From the IMG/VR virus record IMGVR_UViG_3300043673_000084, positions 2,219 to 66,218 of that record: DNA of 64,000 bases; one strand, 5' to 3'. Both the position numbers and the translations under genes were made by a program. Source of the DNA: a virus (lineage: Duplodnaviria; Caudoviricetes). A model generated the notes under the pieces. It saw only the letters and a program-made list of their open reading frames with translations, was not told the origin of the DNA and did no database searches. This document shows positions 46,841 through 56,322 of the stretch, in pieces (position 1 is the first letter of the stretch; each line of letters begins with the position of its first letter).

Positions 46841-47059
46841 TGTCTAATAACACAGGGTAAAACTTGGCATTCTTGGGGGATAGAGGGGTTTTCGGACCCC
46901 TTCTTATTAGACACGCGCGCACAAAAAAGTCACCAAAAACGGTGACTTAATCGCGAATGACTGGGTGCCTCCTAAGCGCTAGGTCGCCGGTTCGATTCCG
47001 GCCCGGGGCACTTCTTTTTCTTCGCGGACTGTCTAATAAAACCCCCGGTTGTCTAATAA
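46841..47059. repeat. Four TGTCTAATAA integrase arm-type sites (46841-50 +, 46904-13 -, 47030-39 +, 47050-59 +)
   Basis: Exact 10-mer, two copies on each side of the tRNA fragment. Confidence 0.8.
46964..47010 (+). other. attP core: 3' half of tRNA-Arg(CCT)
   Basis: GGTGC-CTCCTAA-GCGCT anticodon arm, AGGTC, GCCGG-TTCGATT-CCGGC T arm, CCGGGGC-A; no D arm or 5' acceptor strand. Confidence 0.88.
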
Positions 47060-47956
47060 AAATGGATGTCACCGAACGACTGCGCCGGCACATTGAAGCC
47101 TGTCGCAAGCGCGACGCATGGGCGCGGCGGGCGATTGATCTGCTGGCCAAGGGTAATGACAAAGCCGGCCTGGAGGCGGCAGAGAAGGCGGAGCGATGGG
47201 ATCTCAAGGCGAAAGCGCTGGTGCCGTGAGTTCAGCCACGGCCTGCGCTGGCATCATGCAGTGGAGCCTATGGACTGGCAGTCGCACTCGGACATAGGCT
47301 TGCGGCACCCGCTGCACTCATTCCAGCCGCTTTCGCCGTAGCACGTTTCGCAATGCTCGCCGTTGCTGCAATCCGGGCACGACACCCAATGCGCGGGCCG
47401 GTCGCATCTCATGCAAGATTCAGCCACTCTCAGTTCCTGCGCTTTCAGCGCGAGCTTTTGAGGCTCTGAACACCCGCTCCCTCCATTCACGCGGCACGAG
47501 AACAAAGCCTGCATCGGTTATTGTCTTGAAGACCGCTGGGCCAAGAGCTGCAACTAAATCGTCGTGCGTCATGGTGATGTCGATCGCTGCCAAAACTTCC
47601 TGCATTCCACCATTAGCCCATGCCGCCCTGTCGGCTTCAAATCGCGCGAATGGGTCATCCATGGTCAGTGCCTCCGCTGGCCTGCGTCAGCCGTTCAATC
47701 TCGCGCCGCTGCTCCTTATAGGTTTCCTCGTAAGCCCTGATCCGCTGGTTGAGTCGAAATAGGATGCCATCTCGGTCTGCGGTCATTTCTGCCAGCTTGA
47801 CTTTGGTCGCTTCCAGTTCGGCCAGCAGCGTATTGCGATCCTCCGCTGCCTCATTCAACAGCGTGCGTTCCTTCTTGTCATAGTGCATGTAATCGAGCGC
47901 CGCGGCCCGGTTCCGAATTGCCGTCAATTGCTCGGGCGTCATGTCGCTCCTTCCGT

Positions 47957-48331
47957 TCATGCTCTCTCAACCCACGGATAGAAATCTTCCATCGTCGGGT
48001 AAAATACATTGCGCAGCTTTGGAGGCTGAGTCAAAGCAGCCCGCATGCGAGCAATCAATTCCCTATCGGATTCCTCAGGAACAACCAATTCGACATGTCC
48101 ATAGGGACGCTCGTAAACCCCTGGCTTGCGCAGCGTGCAAGCCGAAGCTGTGACCAATATGCCCGCTGGCCGTATCTGATTGACGTAGTCCAGCCACAAA
48201 GATGCGATCGACGGCTGCGCCCACCCTCCCGCCGGCGGCAGGAAAAACGTGCGCTTGGGGATCAATAACTCAGGGGCAATAAGCGCTGCGGCTGACGCAC
48301 CAACCAGGGAGAGGAAATTGCGGCGGTTCAT
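47957..48331 (-). CDS. Protein with twin-arginine signal-like leader
   Basis: MNRRNFLSLVGASAAALIAP. Confidence 0.55.
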   Translation of the reverse strand: MNRRNFLSLVGASAAALIAPELLIPKRTFFLPPAGGWAQPSIASLWLDYVNQIRPAGILVTASACTLRKPGVYERPYGHVELVVPEESDRELIARMRAALTQPPKLRNVFYPTMEDFYPWVERA

Positions 48332-48551
48332 TGAAGCTCTTCCGGTCGCTCGCCAAGTGGCCATTGCACCCTTGGCTCAATCCTAACTCCGAGCACGTCC
48401 ACCGGAATTGGGCCTCTGTAGATCAATGCCTGGTGCGCGTCATCCCAGAACAAAGTTTTGTTGTCGGCCATCTTCATAAGTTCGATGGCTGGATACACAA
48501 CTCCTGTCAGAGAAGGCTTATCGGCAACCGCAATATAAAATTCGATCCCGT

Positions 48552-49007
48552 TCATGGTCCGTCCAGATCCTTGTCGGTCACCAGCCTCGATACGGTCACA
48601 GTCCCATCGTCGTGCATCTGCCCCATGCGGAACATTGCGGTCAGAATCCCGGGTCCGGCGTGCGTACTGTGGCCACTGTTGTAGAGAACGGTGTATCCAC
48701 CGCCGAGTGTTTGAAACCAGCATGCATCGCCCTGGCTGACCAACCAGCGGCTGAAGTACTTGTGCATGCCGCGCGTGTCGGCCAGGGGAAGAGTGCAAGG
48801 CAAATCGGTGTACAGGACTTCCTGCAGTGCGGTCTGCTGGATCTTTTCAAAGTCGGCCGGATTGTGGCCAACCAGGTCAATGCGGACGAACACCAGGGCA
48901 TAGTGATCGGCGGCGGCGCGCGCGTGCTCAAACAGAAGCAGGAACGCAACGGCAACAAGAAAGCTGAGATAGATTTTTAGGAAAGTTCGGAGAGCGCGAT
49001 CTTTCAT
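48552..49007 (-). CDS. Exported/membrane-anchored hypothetical protein
   Basis: N-terminal hydrophobic helix ending HARAAA; ATGA overlap with int. Confidence 0.55.
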   Translation of the reverse strand: MKDRALRTFLKIYLSFLVAVAFLLLFEHARAAADHYALVFVRIDLVGHNPADFEKIQQTALQEVLYTDLPCTLPLADTRGMHKYFSRWLVSQGDACWFQTLGGGYTVLYNSGHSTHAGPGILTAMFRMGQMHDDGTVTVSRLVTDKDLDGP

Positions 49008-49999
49008 TTCTTCGCAACCAGGTGGCTGATATCCATGATGGTTGCCTCTTCAGGCTTGCGGCGGTAAACCCTCTGGGTGATCTCTGAATCGGAGTGCCCA
49101 GCCCGAATGCGTGCCGTCTCCAGATCTTCCGCATCGGACGTTGATTTTGCGCGGATGTCGTGAAACGTGAATGGAGTCTGAATCAGCCCCAGCTTCATGG
49201 CCTTGTTCATGGCTCGCTTCCATTGCGTCTGGAATCCGTCGCGCGTGTAGCGCTTGCCTTGTCGATTCGCGATTACGTATTGGCGGACCTGGGGGCCCAT
49301 GGCGAGAGCCGCCTGTACGGTTTCCTCGAGTGAACCTACGAACGGGTAATTGATCTTTTTCTTGGTCTTGCTTTGAATTATCTTCAGCTTGCCCGCTGCT
49401 ACCTGCTTTCGGTCCAGGCTTAAGATGTCCTTCTGTCGTGCGGCAGTGATCAGTTCAATATCCATGGCGAACTTGACCATCGGCGATGCCACGCCGCGCA
49501 CAGCAACGTATTCCTCGTCCTCTACGTATCGATCGCGCGGCTTGTTGAGAGGGAATCCGATCTTTAGAATCGGATTCTGTTTGATCACACCCTTTTTGCG
49601 CGCCCACGTCATCACAGCGGATAGGCCGCTGATGTTCTTGCGCGCGGTCCTTGTGCCCCCAAGCTTCTCAAAATAGTTCCAGGCGTGATGCGCCTCCAGA
49701 TCCTTCGGCAGCATGTGGCCAAAGACCGGGCGCAATTGCTTGAATTCTTTCTTGCGCGCAATGATTGTGTCTGGTGCCTGCTTATGCAGGACCTCGACTT
49801 CGTAGCTGGTCATCAGCGCGCCGATGGTCTCTTTGCCGATGGTTTCATGGAATCCTGCGTAGCGCTTCAGAGCGTCGCTGTAGTCGGATCCCAGGGGGTG
49901 CCACTTGTTATTGCGGTCAACAAAATAGAACGCGCCATGCTTCTGGTACATGCGCCGCGGCAGGTGCTTATCTGTTTTTCTGGTTCGCCCCACCGCCAT
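49004..49999 (-). CDS. int: Tyrosine integrase
   Basis: TAARQKDIL (R), KTKK, FTFHDIRAK (HxxR), AGHSD..IT.RVYRR (H, Y). Confidence 0.93.
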   Translation of the reverse strand: MAVGRTRKTDKHLPRRMYQKHGAFYFVDRNNKWHPLGSDYSDALKRYAGFHETIGKETIGALMTSYEVEVLHKQAPDTIIARKKEFKQLRPVFGHMLPKDLEAHHAWNYFEKLGGTRTARKNISGLSAVMTWARKKGVIKQNPILKIGFPLNKPRDRYVEDEEYVAVRGVASPMVKFAMDIELITAARQKDILSLDRKQVAAGKLKIIQSKTKKKINYPFVGSLEETVQAALAMGPQVRQYVIANRQGKRYTRDGFQTQWKRAMNKAMKLGLIQTPFTFHDIRAKSTSDAEDLETARIRAGHSDSEITQRVYRRKPEEATIMDISHLVAKK

Positions 50000-50002
50000 A
50001 GC

Positions 50003-50218
50003 CTAGCCCACCTTGTCCAAAGCATCAAAGTTCGGTCCGGTCCTGGGTCTTTCGAACCCATTTATCTGGTCCCGGGTCACGCGCGGCCGCCCGGCGGCGT
50101 TCACGACATGGCGGATACCCCACTTCTGAAGGAATCTGATCTGGGCGGCCGGCTGGGTGTACCCGGTGTAATAGACCAGTTGCTCTTCGGTCAGGAGGAA
50201 GTCGTCGATGTCGCTCAT
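50003..50218 (-). CDS. Excisionase (DUF4224-like)
   Basis: LLTEEQL..YTGY.QPAAQIRFL...GI....NAAGRP.V...PNFDAL; directly upstream of int. Confidence 0.8.
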   Translation of the reverse strand: MSDIDDFLLTEEQLVYYTGYTQPAAQIRFLQKWGIRHVVNAAGRPRVTRDQINGFERPRTGPNFDALDKVG

Positions 50219-51295
50219 CGTAAAGCTACTTTCCACAGCGCCGGCCCAGTCTCGCCGTCGCGATGTTCCCAGCGAATCAACCCAGCCTCCTCCAATTGGC
50301 CCAGGTGCGTATAGACCGCAATCATCCAGATCCCGGTGATCTTGGATATGCTCCTGGTCAGCAGGCCTTCAGGGCTGCGATGTAGACACCAAAGAATGGC
50401 GCGCTGCTTTTCGCGGAACGATCTCATATCAATTCACCTTCTGCGCGTGCTGCAAATTGCACTCGCACACTTCGACCACGGCCGGCTGAATCAGGTATTG
50501 GTCCTGGCCGCTATTGCATAGACCAGGGATGCTGCCCACGACAATGGCTTGTCGGCATGTGCCATTCGACATCAAGACCTCGACGCGATCACCCGGCTTA
50601 AACTTTTGCTTCACTATCAGCAGCCCTCAACTTTTCAATCGCCATGGATATCTCCACGGGCGTCATGTCCTTGATCCCAGCCTCGACAGCCGCATCGATC
50701 ACGCGCTTGAGCAGATCCAGTTCATAGTCAAACGCGACGGACTGAGTCTTTTTCTTCTTTGCCCGGGTGACTCGCTCCCGGACTGCGCGGCGCCTAACTC
50801 CCATGGCGGCACAACAACCCATCTCTGGAATCTCCCATCATCACAGCCAGGTTTTCGCAGATATCGCCGTTCCGCATAATGAATGTCTTCACTTGAGTCA
50901 GCGGTGGCCCTTCGCCAGATAAATGCGGAATGAACCATGAGCCATCTGGATAGCGTATGGTCTTCGGCTCAGTCGCGGCAGCGTGATCGCACGCCTCAAT
51001 GAGGCAAACCAGGATCAGAAAGAATGACCAGGCTTTCATGATCTATTTTATTTTCCTTTGGAATCAGACTTTGAGTGTGTTCGTATCCAGCCTCGAATGT
51101 GCCAGCGGCACAGCCCCTTGCTCTCAAGCCGCTTCAGGATTCGAGACGCTGCTGCGCCTGCCCCTTGCGCTTTCATTGAGTGATCCGGCCATATCACGTC
51201 GGCGACCTGGGACGCATAGACAGGCCGCGCCGAAAGGAAATCCAAGGCGCGAGATTCGGCTGAAGCCGCTGTTACGCGCTGCGCAGGCTTGAGCT

Positions 51296-51682
51296 TCATT
51301 CGCGCACCGTCTCGTAATTGGTAAGATAAACGCCGGTTTCGCCGGCTTCCTCGATCGATCGTATGAACTTCGGCGGTTCCGGCCAACGGAGAATCTCGAC
51401 CGCGTCTCGACGGAACTCTTGACGGACACCAAGCGGCAGAACGATCAGGCCACGGCCCGCAGCGCGCTCCGCGGCGATCCTCACCGTCTCAAGCTGGATA
51501 ACGCTCTTGCCGAGACCAAAGGATGCGAACAGGGCCCGGCAACCGCCGGTCAACATCCATGGAACAATCGCCCCCTGGTGCGGCAGCAGATACGGATTGA
51601 TGTCCGCGGCGGTAACCTCAAACCCTGTGCTGCCGGCGAACGGCACCTTGCGCCCGAGGAATTGGCGGTATGCGTCGTTCAT
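51296..51682 (-). pseudogene. Truncated N-terminus of an SF2 helicase(-methylase) protein
   Basis: LLPHQ..IV.W...GG.RALFASFGLGKS (motif I), LIVLPLGV, LTNYE, then stop before motif II. Confidence 0.7.
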
Positions 51683-52161
51683 GCGACCTCAAGCCCAAGC
51701 TGGGGGGGGTAGGGCTGAGGCATGTCGTCCGGAAGCATCTGAAACGCCCACAGGCCGCCCTTGGTGAAGCCGACATGGGTGAAGCCAGCGCGGCGGTAGC
51801 ATCGGCCAGGGTCGCGTTTGCGCCGCGTCTTTTCCGCATCAACGAAAGTCACCAGACCGAGCGCCGGCACGGCGGGCCATACGTTGCGCGTCGCTGAGAC
51901 TGCGTCGCGGATCAATTCAGATGAGAGCCCTGCGCCCTCGTTGCGAAACAGGCTGTTTACCCACGCGCCTGGCCATGCGTGCTTGACGAATTGACCGAAG
52001 GGCCACGACGTTACCCAAAGCGCGCGCCGGCAATCGGTTTTGAACACGACGCAGCGTCCAGGCGGCACGAACTGCGGGCTGCCCACCTTGCGCCGGTTGT
52101 AATGCCGATCGGCCAGCGGCAGGGCTTCCTCGTCAAAGCGATGCGAAATCGTCCACTTCAT
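51679..52161 (-). CDS. GNAT-like/Mom-like putative DNA-modifying protein
   Basis: LADRHY.R, FRNEG..LSSELI, LVTFVD...DPG.CYRRAGF. Confidence 0.5.
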   Translation of the reverse strand: MKWTISHRFDEEALPLADRHYNRRKVGSPQFVPPGRCVVFKTDCRRALWVTSWPFGQFVKHAWPGAWVNSLFRNEGAGLSSELIRDAVSATRNVWPAVPALGLVTFVDAEKTRRKRDPGRCYRRAGFTHVGFTKGGLWAFQMLPDDMPQPYPPQLGLEVA

Positions 52162-52518
52162 GCGCCTTCCGCGTCCTCGACCGCCTCGAGGCATTCATCC
52201 CATTCTTCGTCCGTCGTCTGCGGCACGGAGTGCGACTCGCAATATTCCGGATCGCAGCGGCGCATGATGTCGGCGACGCGCTTAAGCAGCTCAGCGCTCA
52301 TGCCGGCACCGGCGATCGCAGCCAATTCGAAAGCGCTGCATCTACCGCTGGCGCTCCAACGCGATCCCGCGTCGGATGCGCATGCAATTGACGATCGAGC
52401 GGGATGCCGTAGCGGATTCGCGATGTCAGGCAGGCATGCGACAGACCCAGTTCGGCCGACCATTGCTTTAGGGTCTGGTTGCGACCGTTGCACTCATAGA
52501 GTTTTGGCTTTGGTCCGT

Positions 52519-52740
52519 TCATACCTCTGGCTCCGTATAGACCATGTTCGCCACCACGCGCGCGATCGTCGGCTGCGTGACGCCGTAATCGAGCGCCAAC
52601 TCCAACTGCGTCGCCTCGCGGCGGAAATACCGGCGGCGAATCTCACGCGCCTTTTTCAAGTTGAGCCGGCGCGGCTTGCGAAATACCAGCCCGTCGCGAC
52701 TGCGCGATCGGTAGCTAAAATCAGGGACCGGGCGAGGCAT
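52519..52740 (-). CDS. Small HTH protein
   Basis: AREIRRRY....TQLELALDYGVTQPTIARVV. Confidence 0.6.
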   Translation of the reverse strand: MPRPVPDFSYRSRSRDGLVFRKPRRLNLKKAREIRRRYFRREATQLELALDYGVTQPTIARVVANMVYTEPEV

Positions 52741-54233
52741 TAGGCGACCTCTGCGACGGCGGCCTGCTCAACCACATTTGCGCGAACCAGGGCCTTGGCC
52801 TCGACAGGCGAAACCGAATTGCCGCACATATTGACCTGGGCGGTCTTGGTGAGCGGCTTGCCGTTGTACTCCGGGTCGATGATGTAGTCGTCATCGAATG
52901 ACTGAGCCCTGAAAAGTTCGCGGGGTTGCAGCATTCGCATGCCAATGTCGACGATGCGATACGACTCCCCATGGACGGTAACGAGGCCAAAGCGATCTTT
53001 TGTCGTTACGGTCCCGAGAGGCGAACCGAGTCGCGGGTCCTGTTCAGTGCCATAGTATTTCAGCAAGAAGGCACGGACCTCGCCGTAGTGCGTCCCGCTG
53101 GCTTGAATCGTGTGAATCGGCGCATCAACGGGCTGGCCATCCCGGCATGTTCCCTTGAGCTTGATCAGGTGCGATGTCACCAGCGCGTGATGATCCTGCG
53201 TCGTGATCGTATGCATCGGCTGCATCATCGGTGCGCCGTCGTTTTCGTGACCACCGTAGTGGCGGGCAAGGAAGGCGGCTACAAGCGCCCCTTGGCTCCC
53301 CGCGGCGGTGACCGTCGGATAGGGGGCCGAGATATTTCGCACGCGCGGCGCCTGCCCTGAGCGCTCGCCGTTGCGGGTGTTGATCAGCGTCGGCGCAATC
53401 AGTGCGAGCTCGCCGCGGTGCGCGCCCGTGATGGTCGGCAAAGGACTGTCGATTGATTGACCGCGGAATCCGCCCTGGTGAGTCAGGGGTACGATAAATG
53501 GCTTCGGATTGTTGACCACGTAGCGCATGATACCGCGCGCGATTCGGCGCAACGTCGCGTCCACCAGCGGTTTGGAACGCTCGAATATCGACGGACAGGG
53601 GATTGACCAGTCAATGCACTCGGCAGCAGTGCGATACGGAAGCAGCCCTGGGCCATGCGTTTCCTGTGGCCATATGATCGGTCTTCCATCGCAGCGAGCG
53701 ATGATGAATAGGCGTCGGCGCGTCGTCGGGGCGCCGTAGTCGCACGCGCTCATCTCGCGCATGTCGACGCGGTATCCTAAGTTCTCGAGCATCCTGTGCC
53801 AGCGGCGGAATGTGAATCCCTTGCGCATCGGGCACGGACTGCCGTCCTCGAGTAGCGGGCCCCAGGTCGCGAACTCGCTGACGTTCTCCAGCATGATCAC
53901 GCGCGGCCGCACCGCCTTGGCCCACCGAATGACGATCCAGGCCAGCCCACGGACGCGCTTTGAGACAGGCTTACCGCCTTTGGCGCGCGAGAAGTGCTTA
54001 CAGTCTGGGCTGAACCACGCGAGCCCTACGGGCTTTCCTCCAGTGACCTCCAGTGGGTCTACCTGCCAGACATCCTCGCAGTAATGCTTCGTGCGCGGAT
54101 GGTTTGCGGCATGCATCGCAATGGCTTCACGGTCGTGGTTGATCGCGAAGTCGATTGGGCGGCCCAGCGCGGCTTCAATCCCAAAACTTGCTCCGCCGCC
54201 ACCGGCAAAATTATCGACAGTCAGTTCAATCAC
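52740..54233 (-). CDS. DNA cytosine-5 methyltransferase
   Basis: DNFAGGGG (motif I), SPDCKHFS (IV), ENV (VI), YGAPT.R.RLF (VIII), CGNSV (X). Confidence 0.93.
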   Translation of the reverse strand: MIELTVDNFAGGGGASFGIEAALGRPIDFAINHDREAIAMHAANHPRTKHYCEDVWQVDPLEVTGGKPVGLAWFSPDCKHFSRAKGGKPVSKRVRGLAWIVIRWAKAVRPRVIMLENVSEFATWGPLLEDGSPCPMRKGFTFRRWHRMLENLGYRVDMREMSACDYGAPTTRRRLFIIARCDGRPIIWPQETHGPGLLPYRTAAECIDWSIPCPSIFERSKPLVDATLRRIARGIMRYVVNNPKPFIVPLTHQGGFRGQSIDSPLPTITGAHRGELALIAPTLINTRNGERSGQAPRVRNISAPYPTVTAAGSQGALVAAFLARHYGGHENDGAPMMQPMHTITTQDHHALVTSHLIKLKGTCRDGQPVDAPIHTIQASGTHYGEVRAFLLKYYGTEQDPRLGSPLGTVTTKDRFGLVTVHGESYRIVDIGMRMLQPRELFRAQSFDDDYIIDPEYNGKPLTKTAQVNMCGNSVSPVEAKALVRANVVEQAAVAEVA

Positions 54234-54565
54234 GTTTTTCTGTATTCCCTTAAAGCGTGTGCATGCGTCTTCGGGCTAGAAGCCAGACGCATATCGCCGG
54301 TCAATTCAATCAATCCCTGTTTCAGCCAGCGCTTGATCAGGCTAGCGGCCTGGCCTGACCAGGCGTTGTGATGGTGCGGCTCGCCCAGTCCGCAATGCTT
54401 GGCCACCATTCGCAAGGTCTCCCCAGTGAATGTGTGACCGGACGGCCGCCGGCCAAACCAGGACTGGACGTGAAGCTGGTACGCTTCTTTCCAGTCGGAC
54501 GGCTCGAATTCCAGCACCTGCTGGATTCCTGCGTCTCTCAAGGCTTGGCCGGCGGTAACTCCCAT
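54230..54565 (-). CDS. Hypothetical protein
   Basis: FTGETLR, PHHHNAW; overlaps next gene. Confidence 0.55.
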   Translation of the reverse strand: MGVTAGQALRDAGIQQVLEFEPSDWKEAYQLHVQSWFGRRPSGHTFTGETLRMVAKHCGLGEPHHHNAWSGQAASLIKRWLKQGLIELTGDMRLASSPKTHAHALREYRKT

Positions 54566-54568
54566 GGA

Positions 54569-55387
54569 CTAGAACCGGCGTCCGGCGTACAGCTTGACGT
54601 CGGGTGCACCCTTGCGGATCTCGTCGGTGACGACCTTTACCGCAGCATTCCAGACTTCCAACGGGCGGATCAACTGATAGCCCATCTTCAGTTTCCCTTC
54701 CTCCATGCGGTAGCGGAAACGCGCCTCCAGCGCTTGCGGTGAGCCATCTACAAAGACAGGCATCTTCAGCGTGAAGCTTTGCGGAATGAGCAAGTCGCCG
54801 GCCTTCGTCTGGCCCTTGACCACTTCCTCGTATCTGAAATTGACCTGACCGTTGTCCAGGCGCACTTCGCTTTGGAATTCAGCGGACTTGTGGATCTGCA
54901 ATTGCAGGGCAACTTCCATGAACACCGCGCCGGGCGGGGAAACGATTTCCTTCAGATTCGTCTCGAGGAACGCGGCAAAAGCGACTTGCTCAAACCATTG
55001 TCCGTCTTTTTCGGTCCACGCTTTCCACTGCTCAGACTTCGGGCAGTTGTAAACGGCAAGGTGGTCCTGGGTTCCACGGCCGCCGGCATTCTCAGACCCG
55101 TGATAGTCCAGGACGGTTTCGTACTGGGCAGTCGGTTCATTGGCAAAAATCGTGGATTCATCGCTCTTGAATCGATTCACGTATTCGACGTAGGAGGGAA
55201 CATTGAGCAGTTCCACGCGCTGCTTTATGCGGTCAGGCGGCGGGAGAAACTTCGAAAGGTCCTCAACCTTCATGCCTTCAGGGATGATCCCGAACTTCTT
55301 TTCAGGAACTTGACCCTCCATGCCGACGTCCACGATGTGCGGCGTCCGGGTTGTATCGACAATTTTCTGAATCGTATCGGCGTCCAT
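54569..55387 (-). CDS. DUF2303 (YfdQ-like) protein
   Basis: SEQWKAW, Q..FAAFLE.N, RLDNGQV.F.Y.E, P.SF.L..PVF, ARFRYR. Confidence 0.85.
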   Translation of the reverse strand: MDADTIQKIVDTTRTPHIVDVGMEGQVPEKKFGIIPEGMKVEDLSKFLPPPDRIKQRVELLNVPSYVEYVNRFKSDESTIFANEPTAQYETVLDYHGSENAGGRGTQDHLAVYNCPKSEQWKAWTEKDGQWFEQVAFAAFLETNLKEIVSPPGAVFMEVALQLQIHKSAEFQSEVRLDNGQVNFRYEEVVKGQTKAGDLLIPQSFTLKMPVFVDGSPQALEARFRYRMEEGKLKMGYQLIRPLEVWNAAVKVVTDEIRKGAPDVKLYAGRRF

Positions 55388-55735
55388 TTACGCTGCGCTC
55401 CCTTCAACCATGATTTCGCCAGTGGATTTATCGACTGCGCCGAAGGGCAGTTGACTCTGCGCAGGGTCTTGGCGTGACAACCCATTGTCAGCAGTCGGGT
55501 AGAAGACGGTATCGCCACGATCCAGTTTCGGGATCTTCGTGTCGATGTCGTCTTCAATGGTGACGTATGTCACCACGCCACTTTTGGGCGGCTTGATTTT
55601 CAGCTTCAGCGTGAGAGTCGCCGGCTTGCCGGTTGACTTCACCGCCACCAGGGCCTTGGCGAGCTCATCGCCCAGGTCTTCCAGAGTGCGCCCCATGCGC
55701 AGATCCCGGAGGGTTTCAAAAAAGGGTCGTGCCAT
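55388..55735 (-). CDS. Partner of DUF2303 (YfdP-like)
   Basis: V..TGK..TLTLKLKIKP, FYPT.D.GL.R.DP.Q..L. Confidence 0.7.
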   Translation of the reverse strand: MARPFFETLRDLRMGRTLEDLGDELAKALVAVKSTGKPATLTLKLKIKPPKSGVVTYVTIEDDIDTKIPKLDRGDTVFYPTADNGLSRQDPAQSQLPFGAVDKSTGEIMVEGSAA

Positions 55736-56001
55736 TCAAATCTCCTGTTTATCGTCTGTGGGCGCGGCGGCTTCGACCACCGCAGTTTCGTTTGGACAGT
55801 TATTGCACCATTCGCCGGATGGCTCGCCATGCGGGCAAAGATTCGCGGCATCTTCAATGTGCAGCTTCGGCATGCATTGATATGTGCTGGCGGCATTTAC
55901 CACCGCGGCGACTCGTCCGAGACACAACACTTCTTCATCGCTCAATTCCATGACGAGTTGTGTTTTGTCGTCGCATCCTTGCAGTCGAATCAGGTGTTTT
56001 T

Positions 56002-56322
56002 TCATGCAGCTTCAACTCCACGCTTCAGCGCTCCAATCTTTCCCATGCCAATCAGGACGGTCCATGTTTCAAGGCATCCTTCGGCGTGGGCAAAGCGAAT
56101 TTGTTCTTTGGTGTAGCCCTCAAGATTCGCGCGGCCGTCGACAACCTCGTGGCAACAGAAGCACGCAAAGGCAACAATCAGGTCGTGCGGCTTGAGCGCC
56201 ATTCCGGCGCCGAGTCTCAAGCTGCGGTAGTGCGCGGGCACCGTGGTTCTCGGGTCGAAATTGCAGCACGGCAGGCGGATAGTGCAGCGCTGGCCTCGAG
56301 CGAGATTGGTAAGCCAACTCAT
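56002..56322 (-). CDS. DUF1364 (YbcO-like, HNH-related) protein
   Basis: ARGQRCTIRLP.CN.DP.TTV.AHYR....G...KPHD...AFAC..CHEVVDGR; ATG 56322 overlaps the RT stop. Confidence 0.85.
   Translation of the reverse strand: MSWLTNLARGQRCTIRLPCCNFDPRTTVPAHYRSLRLGAGMALKPHDLIVAFACFCCHEVVDGRANLEGYTKEQIRFAHAEGCLETWTVLIGMGKIGALKRGVEAA

Noticed and set aside
46964-47010. Complete tRNA gene
   Set aside because: Only anticodon arm, T arm and 3' acceptor strand are present; upstream sequence cannot form the D arm or 5' acceptor strand. Interpreted as attP.
5179-50614. Shared KFKPGDRVE start in the ORFs at ~5179 (+) and 50614 (-)
   Set aside because: Common short KOW/SH3-like N-terminal motif in phage proteins; no further similarity visible.
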